Origin: Macrostomum hystrix | Taxonomy: Eukaryota; Animalia; Platyhelminthes | Assembly (NCBI GenBank): GCA_950097015.1 | Contig: CATNEN010000024.1 | Coordinates: 4,464,001 to 4,528,000 of the forward strand | Direction: 5' to 3' | Length of the DNA: 64,000 nt | Part shown: positions 34,849-46,634 of the stretch, one piece after another | How the letters are laid out: each line of letters opens with the position of its first letter | Position numbering within the stretch: the first letter of the stretch is position 1 | Notes under the pieces: model-generated | The model's input: only the letters and a program-made list of their open reading frames with translations | Databases searched by the model: none | Told to the model about the DNA's origin: nothing | Made by a program: the position numbers and the translations under genes

Positions 34849-35129
34849 CATACATGCGCAACACCCGGCCGACCCGGCCGAACCGGCCGGGTGAAACGAG
34901 GGCCAAGCAAGGTAAGTCGCAAAAACCAATCGACCAAGCGCCAAAAAATCAAAGGGGGGACCAAGGGACAAAAAAGGAAGGCATGAAGAAAAGGAAAAAG
35001 GGGAGAGAAAAAGAGAGCAAATGAGAGCAAACTAAGTCGTAAATAGAGCAATGAAACGAACTAAGTCGCAAATGAGAGCAAAAACTAAGTCGCAAGGCCG
35101 GCTAAGATTTGGGAGGTTGCGCATGTATG
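34849..35129 (+). mobile_element. hAT-type MITE, copy 2 (281 bp)
   Basis: 14-bp TIRs CATACATGCGCAAC; perfect 8-bp TSD CTTGTGCA (34841-34848 / 35130-35137). Confidence 0.93.
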
Positions 35130-35895
35130 CTTGTGCAAATTGCCTGAAACAATTTTCTAGGTAGCATATATTGACTGTGTCTGAGCGGCAAGACACTCCA
35201 ATCATTATCCTCTAACCATTGGCAATCTATTCAGTCCTTTAAGGCTCCCAATGGATAAAAATTGCCCAGTCTCCATGCACGTATAGAACTCAGTCTGGAA
35301 TTTCCTTTCATATTTGGGATTTTATCCCTTGCTTCAATCTGGTTATTAACCTTCCTTTCTTTATTCAATCTGACTCTTAGCATATGACTTTGTCCAAGCA
35401 ACCTTCAACTCTGAGAAATAATCAACACAGAACTCAATTTAATCTGATTTATTATACTGCTATTATTTGGGCCTTTAGCCAAAACCTCAAGCCTCAAGGT
35501 TATATTTATACTCCCTGTCCACACAAGGGAGGGGGGAAAACATAGCACTTAAACAAAATCCTTCAAGTAAACAATATATGTTTTGGTGTGAATTTGGTTT
35601 AGAAGTTATATGGTATTAAAATGGGTCTGCCTCAACTGGCTTTCCTTTATTAATTTTTTTAAATAGGCATAAAATGGTGCAAAAAATACAAATGCAAAAA
35701 ATTATTGTATGTTAGAGCAAGAGCAAAATGTTTCTCACAATGTTTTAAAAGTTCACACACAAAAGCTAATAAAACAAAAGTCTAAAATTGTCTCACAAAG
35801 TTACCCTTTCAATGAATTTCTTCTAAGGGAAGTAGCATTCTTCTGGAAGGCGTTCATTCTTAGGCCAACCAACCAATGTGGCCATCCAACAGATC

Positions 35896-37413
35896 TCAAT
35901 GCCGAGGACCTACCACTGGATTGATCTCAGCCATGATTTTGTTGATGCTATTCTTAGCATATTGCACAGCCCACTGCCAGGCAATGATGACAAATTTTTC
36001 TACCAGGACTCGGGCTGCGTCCTTGATGTACACTCGCTGCAGATACCCTTTAATGTCATGCCAGCAGGCCACGTTCATAAAATATCTGCGGAGATGGCTG
36101 ATAAGTCACTTAAAGTCATTCATGCGCAACCTCCCAAATCTTAGCCGGCCGTGCGACTTAGTTTTTGCTCTCATTTGCGACTTAGTTTGTTTCATTGCTC
36201 TATTTACGACTTAGTTTGCTCTCATTTGCTCTCTTTTTCTCTCCCCTTTTTCCTTTTCTTCACGCCTTCCTTTTGTGTCCCTTGGTCCCCCCTTTCATTT
36301 TTTGCGCTTGGTCAATTGTTTTTTGCGACTTACCTTGCTTGGCCCTCGTTTCACCCGGCCGGGTGTTGCGCATGTATGCTTAAAGTGCTCATGCTGGTGT
36401 GCCGGGATCCAATTCATTGCCAGAGCAAACCAAGCATCAGGATCGTCAGGCTGAAATGCATCATCATGATTGTTGACAATTGCATCCAGTGGGTCGGGCT
36501 GTTCAGTAGTTGGCGCAGCCTGATGCAACTGTGGCCACTTCGAAACCGACGGATGCTGCTGCTGCTGAGCCGATGGTGCAGCTGGCTGCTGCTGCAAGGC
36601 TGACGATTGTTGCCACTGCTGTTGAGCTGACGATGCTGCCTGCTGTTGCAGCTGCTGCAAGGCTGATGACTGCTGCTGCTGCTGAGCCGACAATGCCGCA
36701 TGCTGCTGCTGTTGCCGCTGCTGCTGAGCTGACAATGCGGCATGCTGCAGCTGCTGCCATTGTGAAGCCAATGCTTGCTGATGCTGCTGGGCCGATGATG
36801 ACGATTGCTGCTGCTGACGCTGAGGAGGTTTGGGGGCAATTGCTCTGCCACGCGCTGCCGGAGGTTGCCATGTCGGCGGCTTGGCCTGCCTCTGAGGAGC
36901 TGGTTTAGGGGCCAACGGACGCCGAATGGTGACACGATGCGCCCCGGGTGGCTTGCCATCGGGTATAGCAATAACCTGTGTCGGACAAGCACCGGCTGGT
37001 TGCCTATTGAGGGCTGCTTCCTCCACTGCCACTGTGGCGACCAGTTGTTGGCGTAGAATTTTGCAGCATTTAGCCGGATCCAAATAGACGGGTAACCATG
37101 AGCTTGGTAGCCTCCTCTTGGCTGCAACCCCTTCTGAGGACATCTGGGCCATGCGCTTGCTGGTCGCGGCTTTTTCCTCGGGCATTCTGAGTTGACTCGC
37201 CATGCCCTGACTCGCCATTCTGGGTTGTGTCCGTTGCCTTAACAGAGCCTCAGGGATCTCTGAGGGATCGACCTTGGACTGGCCATCAGCAACCTTCTCC
37301 TCCGCCTGTTTGGGCTCGATATTTTCACTCTCTGATCCTTCGGAAAAATCCACGTTTACTGACTCAAGCAGTTTTTCAAATTCTATATTACTCATGGTGT
37401 TTTCTTCTTCCAT
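35896..37413 (-). pseudogene. Accessory ORF of the gypsy relic (P/Q/A-rich linker plus conserved C-terminal domain), broken by a MITE and one TGA
   Basis: Removing MITE 36117-36378 and one TSD copy gives ...HQHEHFK-TGA-LISHLRRYFMNVACWHDIKGYLQRVYIKDAARVLVEKF...GPRH* in one frame. Confidence 0.72.
36117..36378 (-). mobile_element. hAT-type MITE, copy 3 (262 bp, inverted)
   Basis: TIRs with 1 mismatch; perfect 8-bp TSD CTTAAAGT (36109-36116 / 36379-36386). Confidence 0.93.
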
Positions 37414-38264
37414 CTTAGGCTCTAGTCAGCTATTGTTTGCTTGTAACTCGGATCAAATCTGTTTGTTTTCCCAGGTGTCTGATATATATAGGTGTGGAGC
37501 TGGCGCACATTGTCGTGTCCTCCCACCTTATTGGCCCACACGACTATTCGTCTTTTGACTGGTTCCCCAAATACCCCATATCTTGCTTCTAAGTCGATTG
37601 AATTGATTCCAGGGTCCAGTCCAGGTCGGACTCTGGATCAGATGGTCCTGGGTTCGACTCCCGACCTAGTCTAGAGCTATTCGTGCAGCCTTTGGCAAGC
37701 TGCTTTGCCCTGATGTGCACACAGTCTACTCAGCTGCAAATGAGTACCGACATTTTGTCGGGTAATAATAATTCAGGCTGGCGTGGAATAAAGCAGTTCT
37801 GTGTGGCAATTCTGTGGGGTTTGGATGCTGCCGATATGTTTGGAAAAATAAATTCCATTGCTGACACGCGGCTGTCAACCGGTGTCCGAGAGAGCCGGAG
37901 AGTACAATAGGTGTGCAGTCCCCACCTGCTAGTGTGCCTGACACACAACACCTGCACTGGCCCTTGGGTCTAGTGTCAATTATTATTATTATTGAATTGA
38001 TTGGCTTCCTTCCCCTAGTACCCTGATTATGTAACTTACAATCCCTGTCTAAATTCGTATAGCCCCCAACAGACTGAACACTGTGAATCACCTTTTCAAA
38101 TAGCCTTCATACCTGGCAGGGGGTCAGATTTGCCTCCTTGGGCGAGCAGCCATCCCTACATCTTCCTCATTTTGTACACCAACTTGCAAATCTCCACCTG
38201 AGGTGACAATGGTTTCGTTCTCACTATGGCTCTGATCTTGATTTTCATTCTCCTCTTCGCTGCT

Positions 38265-38815
38265 CTAGAATTCAGATTCGCCAGATGACTCACTGTTTCC
38301 AATTTCTATCTCTCCACCTAATTCTAATTCCTTACCATTAATTCCGTGTAAATTCCTATAGTTACACTGCCAATCCAGTCTTTCATCTTCTTCTTCGGAT
38401 TCACTAATCTCTGTCACTTCCAATCTTCGCCTCTTGCGCTGGCTTCCCTTAGCTTTAGCTTCGGTCTGCTTTGGCTCCCTTGTTGCCTGGCTTACGAACC
38501 GGAATGGCAAAGGGGTACCTTGTTGTACTATCTACAACAGTGAGAACATATTTATGTCCCCGTTTACTCTCCTTTGATAACAGTCCGATAAAATCAAGGT
38601 GCAAACGATGAAATGGCTCATTAATTGGGAAGGATTGCACTGGGGCCTGAATTGGGTGCCCCCTTTTACTTTCTAGACATGGGATGCATTCTGAAATATG
38701 AGCTTCCACTAAAGTTACAAGACCTGGTCTCCGAAATCGCTGTCACCTGCTGGATAGTTTTATCCCGTCCTGAATGTCCGGCCAAGGGACTATCATGCAG
38801 GTCCTGGAGGACTGA
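38265..38815 (-). pseudogene. Gypsy integrase fragment (HHCC zinc finger and first catalytic Asp) fused by deletion to the Pol tail
   Basis: LHDSPLAGHSGRDKT...EAHISECIPC, PFHRLHLDFIG, KYVLTVVDSTTRYPFAIP; frameshifted. Confidence 0.88.
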
Positions 38816-39102
38816 TTACGAATTTGGTTTAGAAGTTATACGGTATTAAAACGAGTCTGCCTCATATACATACTGTATACTGTCAAGATTGGTGGTTTTG
38901 AAGTCAAGAGCTGAAAGGTGTAGGCATAAAAGAGTTACACAAATATATATTTATATAAGATTGCTTAAAGTATTTATATTTCCTTGGTATGTTTGTATCA
39001 AAGCTACAGATAACTTGTTTGCATTTGCTCTCTAAAAATCATTATATTCAGTTGCCAATAAAAAAGTTCTGAACAGTCTCAGACACTGCCAGTTGGCTGA
39101 CA

Positions 39103-39151
39103 ATGCATCGCTTAGTTGGCGCTTGTGTGTCGCGCCAGCTGCCAGAGGATG

Positions 39152-39184
<33 letters not shown>

Positions 39185-42100
39185 AGCTCTCCAAATCACC
39201 AAAGCGAGCTCACAGCTACGGCTTTGGTGCGTTCAAACCGCCCTGGCGCAGGCAGCAGCAGCAGCAGAGTCGGTCAGATCGCGGTCGCCGGCCGCTGTCT
39301 AGCGAGGCTGACAGTCTGGCGGCATCCTACGCTTCGCCGACTATCGCCGCTTGTAAATCCGCGCCCCCGATGCCAGATCGTCGGCCAGTTACACTAGGCG
39401 AGGTTTCGCCGTCAGATTCTCGGACTAGCGAAGATCTTCATCTAATGGCGCAGCAGCAGAATCAGCTTCCTGTGCGATCGGTTACTGTTGATAATTTTCG
39501 ATTCGCTGCCAACTGTGAAGAGTGAGTCACTTTGTTTTAGAGGACTTAAGGTCTCTCAATTGGTCGATTGGGATAATTGAATGCAAATCTGGGACTTGGG
39601 GTGGGGAAAATTGTCTCCAACTTAGGTACAGCACAGCCGCAGCTATTGCGCGGCGCATCTGATGGCTGCATACGGCTGTTCAGTCCATGGACTGGGGGCA
39701 TGCCACACTCACCCTCAATTATCCCAGCTAATGCTAGTACCTGTTAAACAGCTGTGTGAACTGAAGCAATCCAAAGTTAAGTGTCTTGCTAAAGGACACA
39801 CATTTTTCCAGTTGAGTCAGGTATCGAACCCCCGACCTTCAAGTGTTGGTGTGACATTTTCAAATAGTCGGTCTCTTACTGCAAAGACTCCTGGTGATAA
39901 TTTACCCTAATAAGGGCCAATACGCTAGGAGACGGGTGTCTGAGAATCAGTACTTTATTTATTGAATGGAACTTGCTACTTATATTTTATTAGCTCATAT
40001 TAATCTGTCCTTCAGTTCCCAGTCTCCCGAGTCGTCCATTGCTATGCTCAGACCATCTCTGCGCAATCGTCCGCCGGTCGACACCGCAGCAACCGTGCCC
40101 GATGCTCCCCAGCCGCAGCCAATGGCTTCTTCGTCCGCTGATTCTCAGAAGCGCCTCTCCGGTCGGCCGGATACGGTGACAACCTATAGCGAGGTCTGCG
40201 CTTCAACTGACACTGAGGACTCGCAGGCCAGCACGCTGCCCGTTGAGTGAGTTGCGGAATATTAATTACTATACGAGTATTAATTATAGCTCGGGTCTTT
40301 CATTAGGGGAAAATAGGTCTTTCTACTGTTACGAGGTGCATTCAAAAAGTTCTTTTCGGTCCTTTGGCATTGTTTTGTAAATGACACACAGATCAAAATT
40401 TTTTCGAATGCTGCAAGTTAAGTTTATGGCCTAAACCTTCCTGAGTTTTTAAGCCTTAGCTGGTGACTGTGTCTGAGCTACAAGCAATTTTTTAAGCTAC
40501 CCTTCTATTTCTTGGCCATGGCAGAATCTTTTTCAAAGCAAGACGTTCGGAGCTTGATGAAGTTCCAATTCCTGCAAGGAAAGAAACCTCCGGAGATGTT
40601 TAGAGAGCTTCAGCAAGTGTTTGGTGACAGTGCACCAACTGAACAGACTGTTCGAAAGTGGTTCCGGTTGTTCGCTGAAGGCAGAGAGAGCGTCGAGGAC
40701 AACGAACGCTCTGGAAGACCGATGACTGCCACCAACGAGACCGTGGTGAAGAAAGTGCAGGAGCTCCTGGATGATGATCGCAGACTGACTTGCGAAGAGC
40801 TGTCAGAAGATGTCGGAGTGTCAGTTGGCAGTGTGCACACCATTCTGACAGAGCGTCTCAACCTGCAGAAGAAATTCAGCAAGTGGGTGCCACACCTGCT
40901 GACAGGTGAGCAGACGATGCAACGTGCTCTGGCCGCCACCAACCACCTGCGCCGTTTCCAGCGAGAAGGAGAGAATTTTCTTTTGAGAATCGTTGCCGGA
41001 GATGAAACATGGGTTTATAGCTGGGATCCGGAGACAAAGGCCCAGTCTGCTGAATGGCTTCCAGCCGATTCTCCAAGGCCTCAGAAGGCCATCAGGAAGC
41101 AGGGTGCATTGAAGATCATGCACGTCATGTTTTTTGATGTCCAGGGAATTCTGCTGAACTGGGCAGTCCCACATGGAACAACTGTGAATGGGGACTATTA
41201 TAGATGGATTCTGCAAGAGAAGCTGCGCCCGGCGATTCGAAAGAAGCGCCCTGGTTTGCTGGAGTCTGGTGTGATCTTGCTGCATGACAATGCGCCGGCT
41301 CATCGCAAGCACAATGTTGTCGAACTCCTGAGCGGTTGGGGCTGGGAAGTGCTGTAACATCCGCCCTACTCGCCCGATTTGTCACCCTGTGACTTCTTCC
41401 TATTCCCATCTGTGAAGAAGCACCTTCGGGGCATTCGATTTGACAGCGTCGAGCACATCAAAGCTGCTTGCCAAGGTGCAGTGCGTGAAACGGACGCGAG
41501 AGGCGTGGGTACTGGAATCAGAGGTCTGGTGCATCGCTGGCAGAAGTGCAAGGACATTGGCGGTGAATATGTTGAGTGACCGAATGACATTGAATGACCT
41601 AAACATGTTTTCATTGTTCCATACGTTTTTTGTTAATTTTTGCTGAGCACCGAAAAGAACTTTTTGAATGCACCTCGTATTTATAAAAGTAGAACAATCC
41701 CTACTAATCTGTCCTTCTTGGCAGCAGCCAATCACACTCAACCCAGCCAGTTGCCGCGGCAGCCGCAGCTTCGGCCCGTCGGTCTCGCATAGCTTCTGGC
41801 GCTTCTAGTCTAGACTCTGACGATCTCATGCTTAGCACAGACTGCGACGTTGAAGATGCCGATGCTGGCGGCAGCGGCTGCGGAGCTGACGACTTCGATG
41901 ACAATTACGGCGGCTGCGCCAGCTTGACAGCGTCACGTGCCGGAGGGGATCTGGCCGAGTGCCTCATCAGGGAGGAGGAGGTAATGGCTAACAACTGAAT
42001 GATTTAGAGGCTGTGATTTTGCTATAACCATTCATTCTTCTGAATTACACTAAAATTCAGGAATATGAGGACGAGAACAATCATCTGGATGGGCAGCAGC

Positions 42101-42561
42101 AGCAGCAGCAGGCGAACCAGGCGCCCACTGAAGACATTGTTGGCAGCCTGATGACTGCCAGCCTGCCTCCAGATAGCCTTGCCCGCCACCTCCGTCGTCA
42201 GCAGCAGCCGCCGCTGTCACTCTCCCTGGCTGCTGGCTCCCTGCGCTTCCGTCCCCGCTCGGTGTCTTCGCCACAGGGCGACCTGCTGCTTCTGCCCGGC
42301 TCCGACCTGCGGCATCTGGCGCACGATGTCACCGGACTAAAGACCATGCTTCTGAGACTGCGCCGACAGCTCCTTGACGACGGTCGGGCATCGGTGACGG
42401 CCACACCTACTGGCTGCTGCAGCGTCGGCGACGGCGCCACAGTCTGCCAGCTGTGCGGCTCCGATGCGAAGCGGGTGGCAGAACTCGAAGGTCGAGTAGC
42501 CGATCTACAAGCCGAAGTTGACGCGCTGCGTCGGCGATTGCCGGAGGAGGACGGCTGCTGA
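39103..42561 (+). CDS. CCSER/FAM190-like serine-rich coiled-coil protein (~468 aa from ATG 39103; further 5' exons possible)
   Basis: Exons 39103-39521, 40016-40246, 41725-41980 and 42061-42561 with consistent phases. SLDSDDLML and DLRHLAHDVTGLKTMLLRLRRQL resemble CCSER-family blocks as I recall them; terminal coiled coil. Confidence 0.6.
39640..39885 (-). mobile_element. tRNA-derived SINE, intronic
   Basis: B-box GGTTCGATACC on the minus strand followed by a body containing the reverse complement of AAGTGTCTTGCTAAAGGACAC, a motif typical of invertebrate SINE bodies. Confidence 0.5.
40332..41677 (+). mobile_element. Full-length mariner (DD34D) transposon, 1346 bp, in intron 2 of the CCSER-like gene
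   Basis: Perfect 29-bp TIRs CGAGGTGCATTCAAAAAGTTCTTTTCGGT; TA TSD at 40330-40331 and 41678-41679. Confidence 0.97.
40518..41579 (+). pseudogene. Mariner transposase with a single in-frame TAA at 41355-41357
   Basis: HTH, WVPHLL, GDETW, HDNAPAH, WEVL*HPPYSPDLSPCDF; the frame continues to TGA at 41579. Confidence 0.93.
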
Positions 42562-42644
42562 ATGCCCTGCGTTCTTTTGTTGTTTTTGCTGCTGGTTTTT
42601 TACCCCTATGGGCTGCACAGTACATGGCGCTAGACTCGAGATGA

Positions 42645-43250
42645 AATTGTTCAGGGTGAGACTAAAGATGGGAGTGTTATGGGTGAGACTGGAGGTGAAA
42701 TTTTTCAGGGTGAGACTGAAGATGAGAGTGGAGTGTTCTGGGTGAGACTGGAGGTGAAATTTTTCAGGGTGAGACTGAAGATGAGAGTGGAGTGTTCTGG
42801 GTGAGACTGGAGGTGAAATTTTTCAGGGTGAGACTGAAGATGAGAGTGGAGTGTTCTGGGTGAGACTGGAGGTGAAATTTTTCAGGGTGAGACTGAAGAT
42901 GAGAGTGGAGTGTTCTGGGTGAGACTGGAGGTGAAATTTTTCAGGGTGAGACTGAAGACTCTCACTGGAGGTGAGAGTGTTTAAGGTGAGACTTGAGATG
43001 AGAGTGTTTTGGGTGAGACTGGAGGTGAGAGTGTTCTGGGTGAGACTGGAGGTAAGAGTGTTCTGGGTGAGACTGGAGGTAAGAGTGTTCTGGTTGAGAC
43101 TGGAGGTGAGAGTGTTCTGGGTGAGACTGGAGGTGAGTGTTTTGGGTGAGACTGGAGGTGAGAGTGTTCTAGGTGAGACTGGAGATGAGAGTGTTCTGGG
43201 TGAGACTGGAGATGAGAGTGTTCTGGGTGAGACTGGAGATGTGGGAGTTT
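42645..43250. repeat. Minisatellite, 27-bp unit GGGTGAGACTGGAGGTGAGAGTGTTCT with a 59-bp dimeric higher-order block
   Basis: Period of 59 at 42721-42960, period of 27 afterwards. Confidence 0.93.
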
Positions 43251-43904
43251 TTTAAAGTGAGATCGTAGATAAGGGCCCATATTATAATATATTAGATTTA
43301 TTCCACATTTAGTCGCTCCGTGTTTGTTGCATCCCGAATCTTTAAGAAATAATTTTTCCATATGAACACAAAGAGAGCATTCTGGGAAAACCTATTGCCA
43401 ATTTATTATTTCCTTGATGTTTTGATGCATTCCTCTGTCGTCGGAGTGGGGTACGCATTTCCTAAAGCTTCTTTTAGAGATAAACTACACAATTTTTTCT
43501 TTATTTCGAATAGTTCCCAGATTGCGGCCTTGCTTTTCCTTACCAAACTATAAAAACCTGTGTTTTTTTACTCTGCAATGTTGTCAATGGCGATCACAAA
43601 AAGAATATCCATGGCGTCATAAAAGTCTTATCTTAGTAACAAAAGGTAAAAGATTTGTTCTTAATCGCCGCATTCCTTTCTTTATTCTAGTGATTTTTTC
43701 AGCTACTTCCGTTTCTAGCCCGCGCGTTTTTAAAAGCTTTCTATTCGCTACTGTCCTGGTGTCGCTACTTTCAGTAGCAGTGGGCGCGTTTTTATGGGTT
43801 TTCAGTATGGAAATATGAAATTCCTCAACACGCGACGGTGTCTATAGTAATTTTCGGCAAGCTTGCATGCCCCACACGCCAAAAAGAGGTCGATAGTGGA
43901 TTGA

Positions 43905-44415
43905 ATCGACATGAGACACAGAAGAGATAAGACCCGAGAGAGATGAGACCCGAGAGAGATGAGACACGGGAGAGATAAGACACGGGAGAGATAGGAGAGA
44001 TGAGACACGAGAGAGATGAGACTCGGGAGAGATGCGACTCGGGAGAGATGAGACACACAGGAGAGATGAGACAAAGGAGAGATGAGACTCGGGAGAGATG
44101 CGACACACAGGAGAGATGAGACTCGGGGAGATGAGACAAAGGAGAGATGAGACTCGGGAGAGATGAGACTCGGGAGAGATGAGACAAAGGAGAGATGAGA
44201 CAAAGGAGAGATGAGACAAAGGAGAGATGAGACAAAGGAGAGATGAGACAAAGGAGAGATGAGACAAAGGAGAGATGAGACAAGGGAGAGATGCGACACA
44301 CAGGAGAGATGAGACTCGGGGGAGATGAGACAAAGGAGAGATGAGACTCGGGAGAGATGAGACAAAGGAGAGATGAGACAAAGGTGAGATGAGACAAAGG
44401 AGAGATAAGACTCGT
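43905..44415. repeat. Minisatellite, 16-bp unit GAGACAAAGGAGAGAT / GAGACTCGGGAGAGAT
   Basis: Tandem units; explains ORFs 43802-44439. Confidence 0.95.
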
Positions 44416-45019
44416 AGTGAAAGTTCTAATGAAGCTCATATAAACGCTTAAGCTTCGTTGAAAAAAAGAAATGAAATTTGTTTCTTTCCCTTGTTCTTTA
44501 CTCTCTTAGAGCTGTCCTGGGTTATACTTTTACTGCAAGCAGTTTTATTCGTCATTTTAGTCATCATTTTTATCGACTCATTTAAAAAAACAGCATAACA
44601 TACTACTGCGAGTAGAAATAAGGTTTCTATTGTCGCGTTATCTGTAGCTTCCTTTCAAACGATATATGGGCCGTACGAATGTATTTGTTTTATTTGAGCT
44701 GTGCTTGATTCTCTGCTTATATCATCACTGCTAATTGTTATCGATTAAGAGTCTCTGAAAAACTCATTATGTATTATGTATTATATGTAGTATATTTGTT
44801 CCTCTGTTTATGTCAAATGTATATATAATATTATACTCTTATTAAACTGAGAGTCTAGCAAATATGTATTTTCTTGGCTAAAATTCGTCCGTAGTTATTT
44901 AAATTTCGACGACATTCCGAATCTCAAAGATTAAGATTTCTTCCATTTTAGGAACCGAAGCGTGACACTTCTACACATATTTAGTTAGATATCCCAGATT
45001 TCTCACTTTTTACATTCAT

Positions 45020-45922
45020 CTGGGTGAGATTTCCCCACTTAAAATAATGATGGTGAGATTTCCATAATTTTAGAATCAGGAGGGTGAGATTTCCATTCTT
45101 TTAGAATAAGGAGGGTGAGATTTCCATACTTTAAGAATCAGGAGGTTGAAATTACCTCGCTTTTAAAATCTGGAGAATGAGATTTCCTCGCTTTTAGAAT
45201 CAGGAGAGTCAGATTTCCTCGCTTTTAGAATCAGGAGGGTGAGATTTCCATACTTTAAGAATCAGGAGGTTGAAATTACCTCGCTTTTAAAATCTGGAGA
45301 ATGAGATTTCCTCGCTTTTAGAATCAGGAGGGTGAGATTTCCTCGCTTTTAGAATCAGGAGAGTGAGATTTCCTGGCTTTTAGAATCAGGAGGGTGAGAT
45401 TTCCTCGCTTTTAGAATCAGGAGAGTCAGATTTCCTCGCTTTTAGAATCAGGAGAGTGAGATTTCCTGGCTTTTAGAATCAGGAGGGTGAGATTTCCTCG
45501 CTTTTAGAATCAAGAGAGTGAGATTTCCTCGCTTTTTGAATCAAGAGAGTGAGATTTCCTCGCTTTTAGAATCAGGAGAGTGAGATTTCCCACTTTTAGA
45601 ATCAAGAGAGTGAGATTTCCTTGCTTTTAAAATCAAGAGAGTGAGATTTCCTCGCTTTTAGGATCAGGAGAGTGAGATTTCCTCGCTTTTAGAATCAGGA
45701 GAGTGAGATTTCCTCGCTTTTAGAATCAGGAGAGTGAGATTTCCCACTTTTAGAATCAAGAGAGTGAGATTTCCTCGCTTTTTGAATCAGGAGGGTGAGT
45801 TTTCCCCACTAAGAATCAGGAGGGTGAGATTTTCCCCACTAAGAATCAGGAGGGTGAGATTTTCCCCACTAAGAATCAGGAGGGTGAGATTTTCCCCACT
45901 AAGAATCAGGAGGGTGAGATTT
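45020..45922. repeat. Minisatellite, 30-31-bp unit TAGAATCAGGAGGGTGAGATTTCCTCGCTTT, ending ~30 bp before the ZMAT2 acceptor
   Basis: Tandem units; the N-terminal part of ORF 45734 is repeat read-through. Confidence 0.95.
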
Positions 45923-45952
45923 CATCTCGGATTTCTTCCCATTTGTTTCCAG

Positions 45953-46606
45953 GCGGACCACAGGCGCAAGTGGGATCGGGAGGAGTTTGAGCGCCTGGCG
46001 CAGGAGCGGGTGTCGCGCGAGATCGAGGAGCTCCGCGATTCGCGCTCCGGCGGCGGCGGCGGCGGCGCCGGCTCCAGCGGCAGGTCGCGCAGCGGTCCGG
46101 CCGTGAAGCGCGAAGAGCTGCGGCCGCGCATTGAGACCCCAAATTTGGAGGCCAATCTCAACCGATCCGTGGTCATCAACAAGACTAGCAACAAGCCCTC
46201 AGCCGACGCCGGCTATTATTGCAACGTGTGCGACTGCGTTGTGAAGGATTCCATCAACTTCCTGGATCACATTAACGGCAAGAAGCACCAGCGCAATCTT
46301 GGCATGTCCATGCGGGTTAAGAGGGCCACTCTGGACGATGTGAAATCTAAATTTAGCAGCCTAAAACGGCGCATGGAAGCCGAAGAGAAGGCCTACAGCT
46401 TCGAGGATCGGGTTAAGGAGGCCGAGGCTGCCGAGGAGCGGGCCCGTCAAGCTAGAAAGGAGCGGAAGCGGCGCAGAAAAGAGGAGAAAGCGGCCGGCGC
46501 TTCGTCGTCTGGCGCGGCTGGCGGCGATGCTGACGAAGACGGAGGTGGCGATAGTCAGGAAGACATTGAACGCATGTTTGGCTTCAAAGGCTTCGGCGTG
46601 AAGTGA
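45953..46606 (+). CDS. ZMAT2: Zinc finger matrin-type protein 2 (Snu23-like spliceosomal factor), main exon; start exon not firmly located (candidate ATG TCA AAT|GT at 44810-44818)
   Basis: Acceptor TTGTTTCCAG at 45952. Motifs: DHRRKWDREEF, AGYYCNVCDCVVKDSINFLDHINGKKHQRNLGMSMRVKRATLDDV, MFGFKGFG. Confidence 0.93.
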   Translation, partial: ADHRRKWDREEFERLAQERVSREIEELRDSRSGGGGGGAGSSGRSRSGPAVKREELRPRIETPNLEANLNRSVVINKTSNKPSADAGYYCNVCDCVVKDSINFLDHINGKKHQRNLGMSMRVKRATLDDVKSKFSSLKRRMEAEEKAYSFEDRVKEAEAAEERARQARKERKRRRKEEKAAGASSSGAAGGDADEDGGGDSQEDIERMFGFKGFGVK

Positions 46607-46634
46607 CGCGAACTCTCAAATACTTGAACTTTAG

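Larger units (their letters stand above)
35635..38819 (-). mobile_element. LTR-less gypsy internal relic: integrase fragment, Pol tail, accessory ORF and T-rich 3' region
   Basis: Contents as described in the component entries; bracketed by a 45-bp direct repeat (35590-35634 and 38820-38864, 3 mismatches). Confidence 0.75.

Noticed and set aside
37640-37670. GGTTCGACTCC tRNA T-arm-like motif
   Set aside because: It is isolated within the gypsy relic, with no A-box or cloverleaf.
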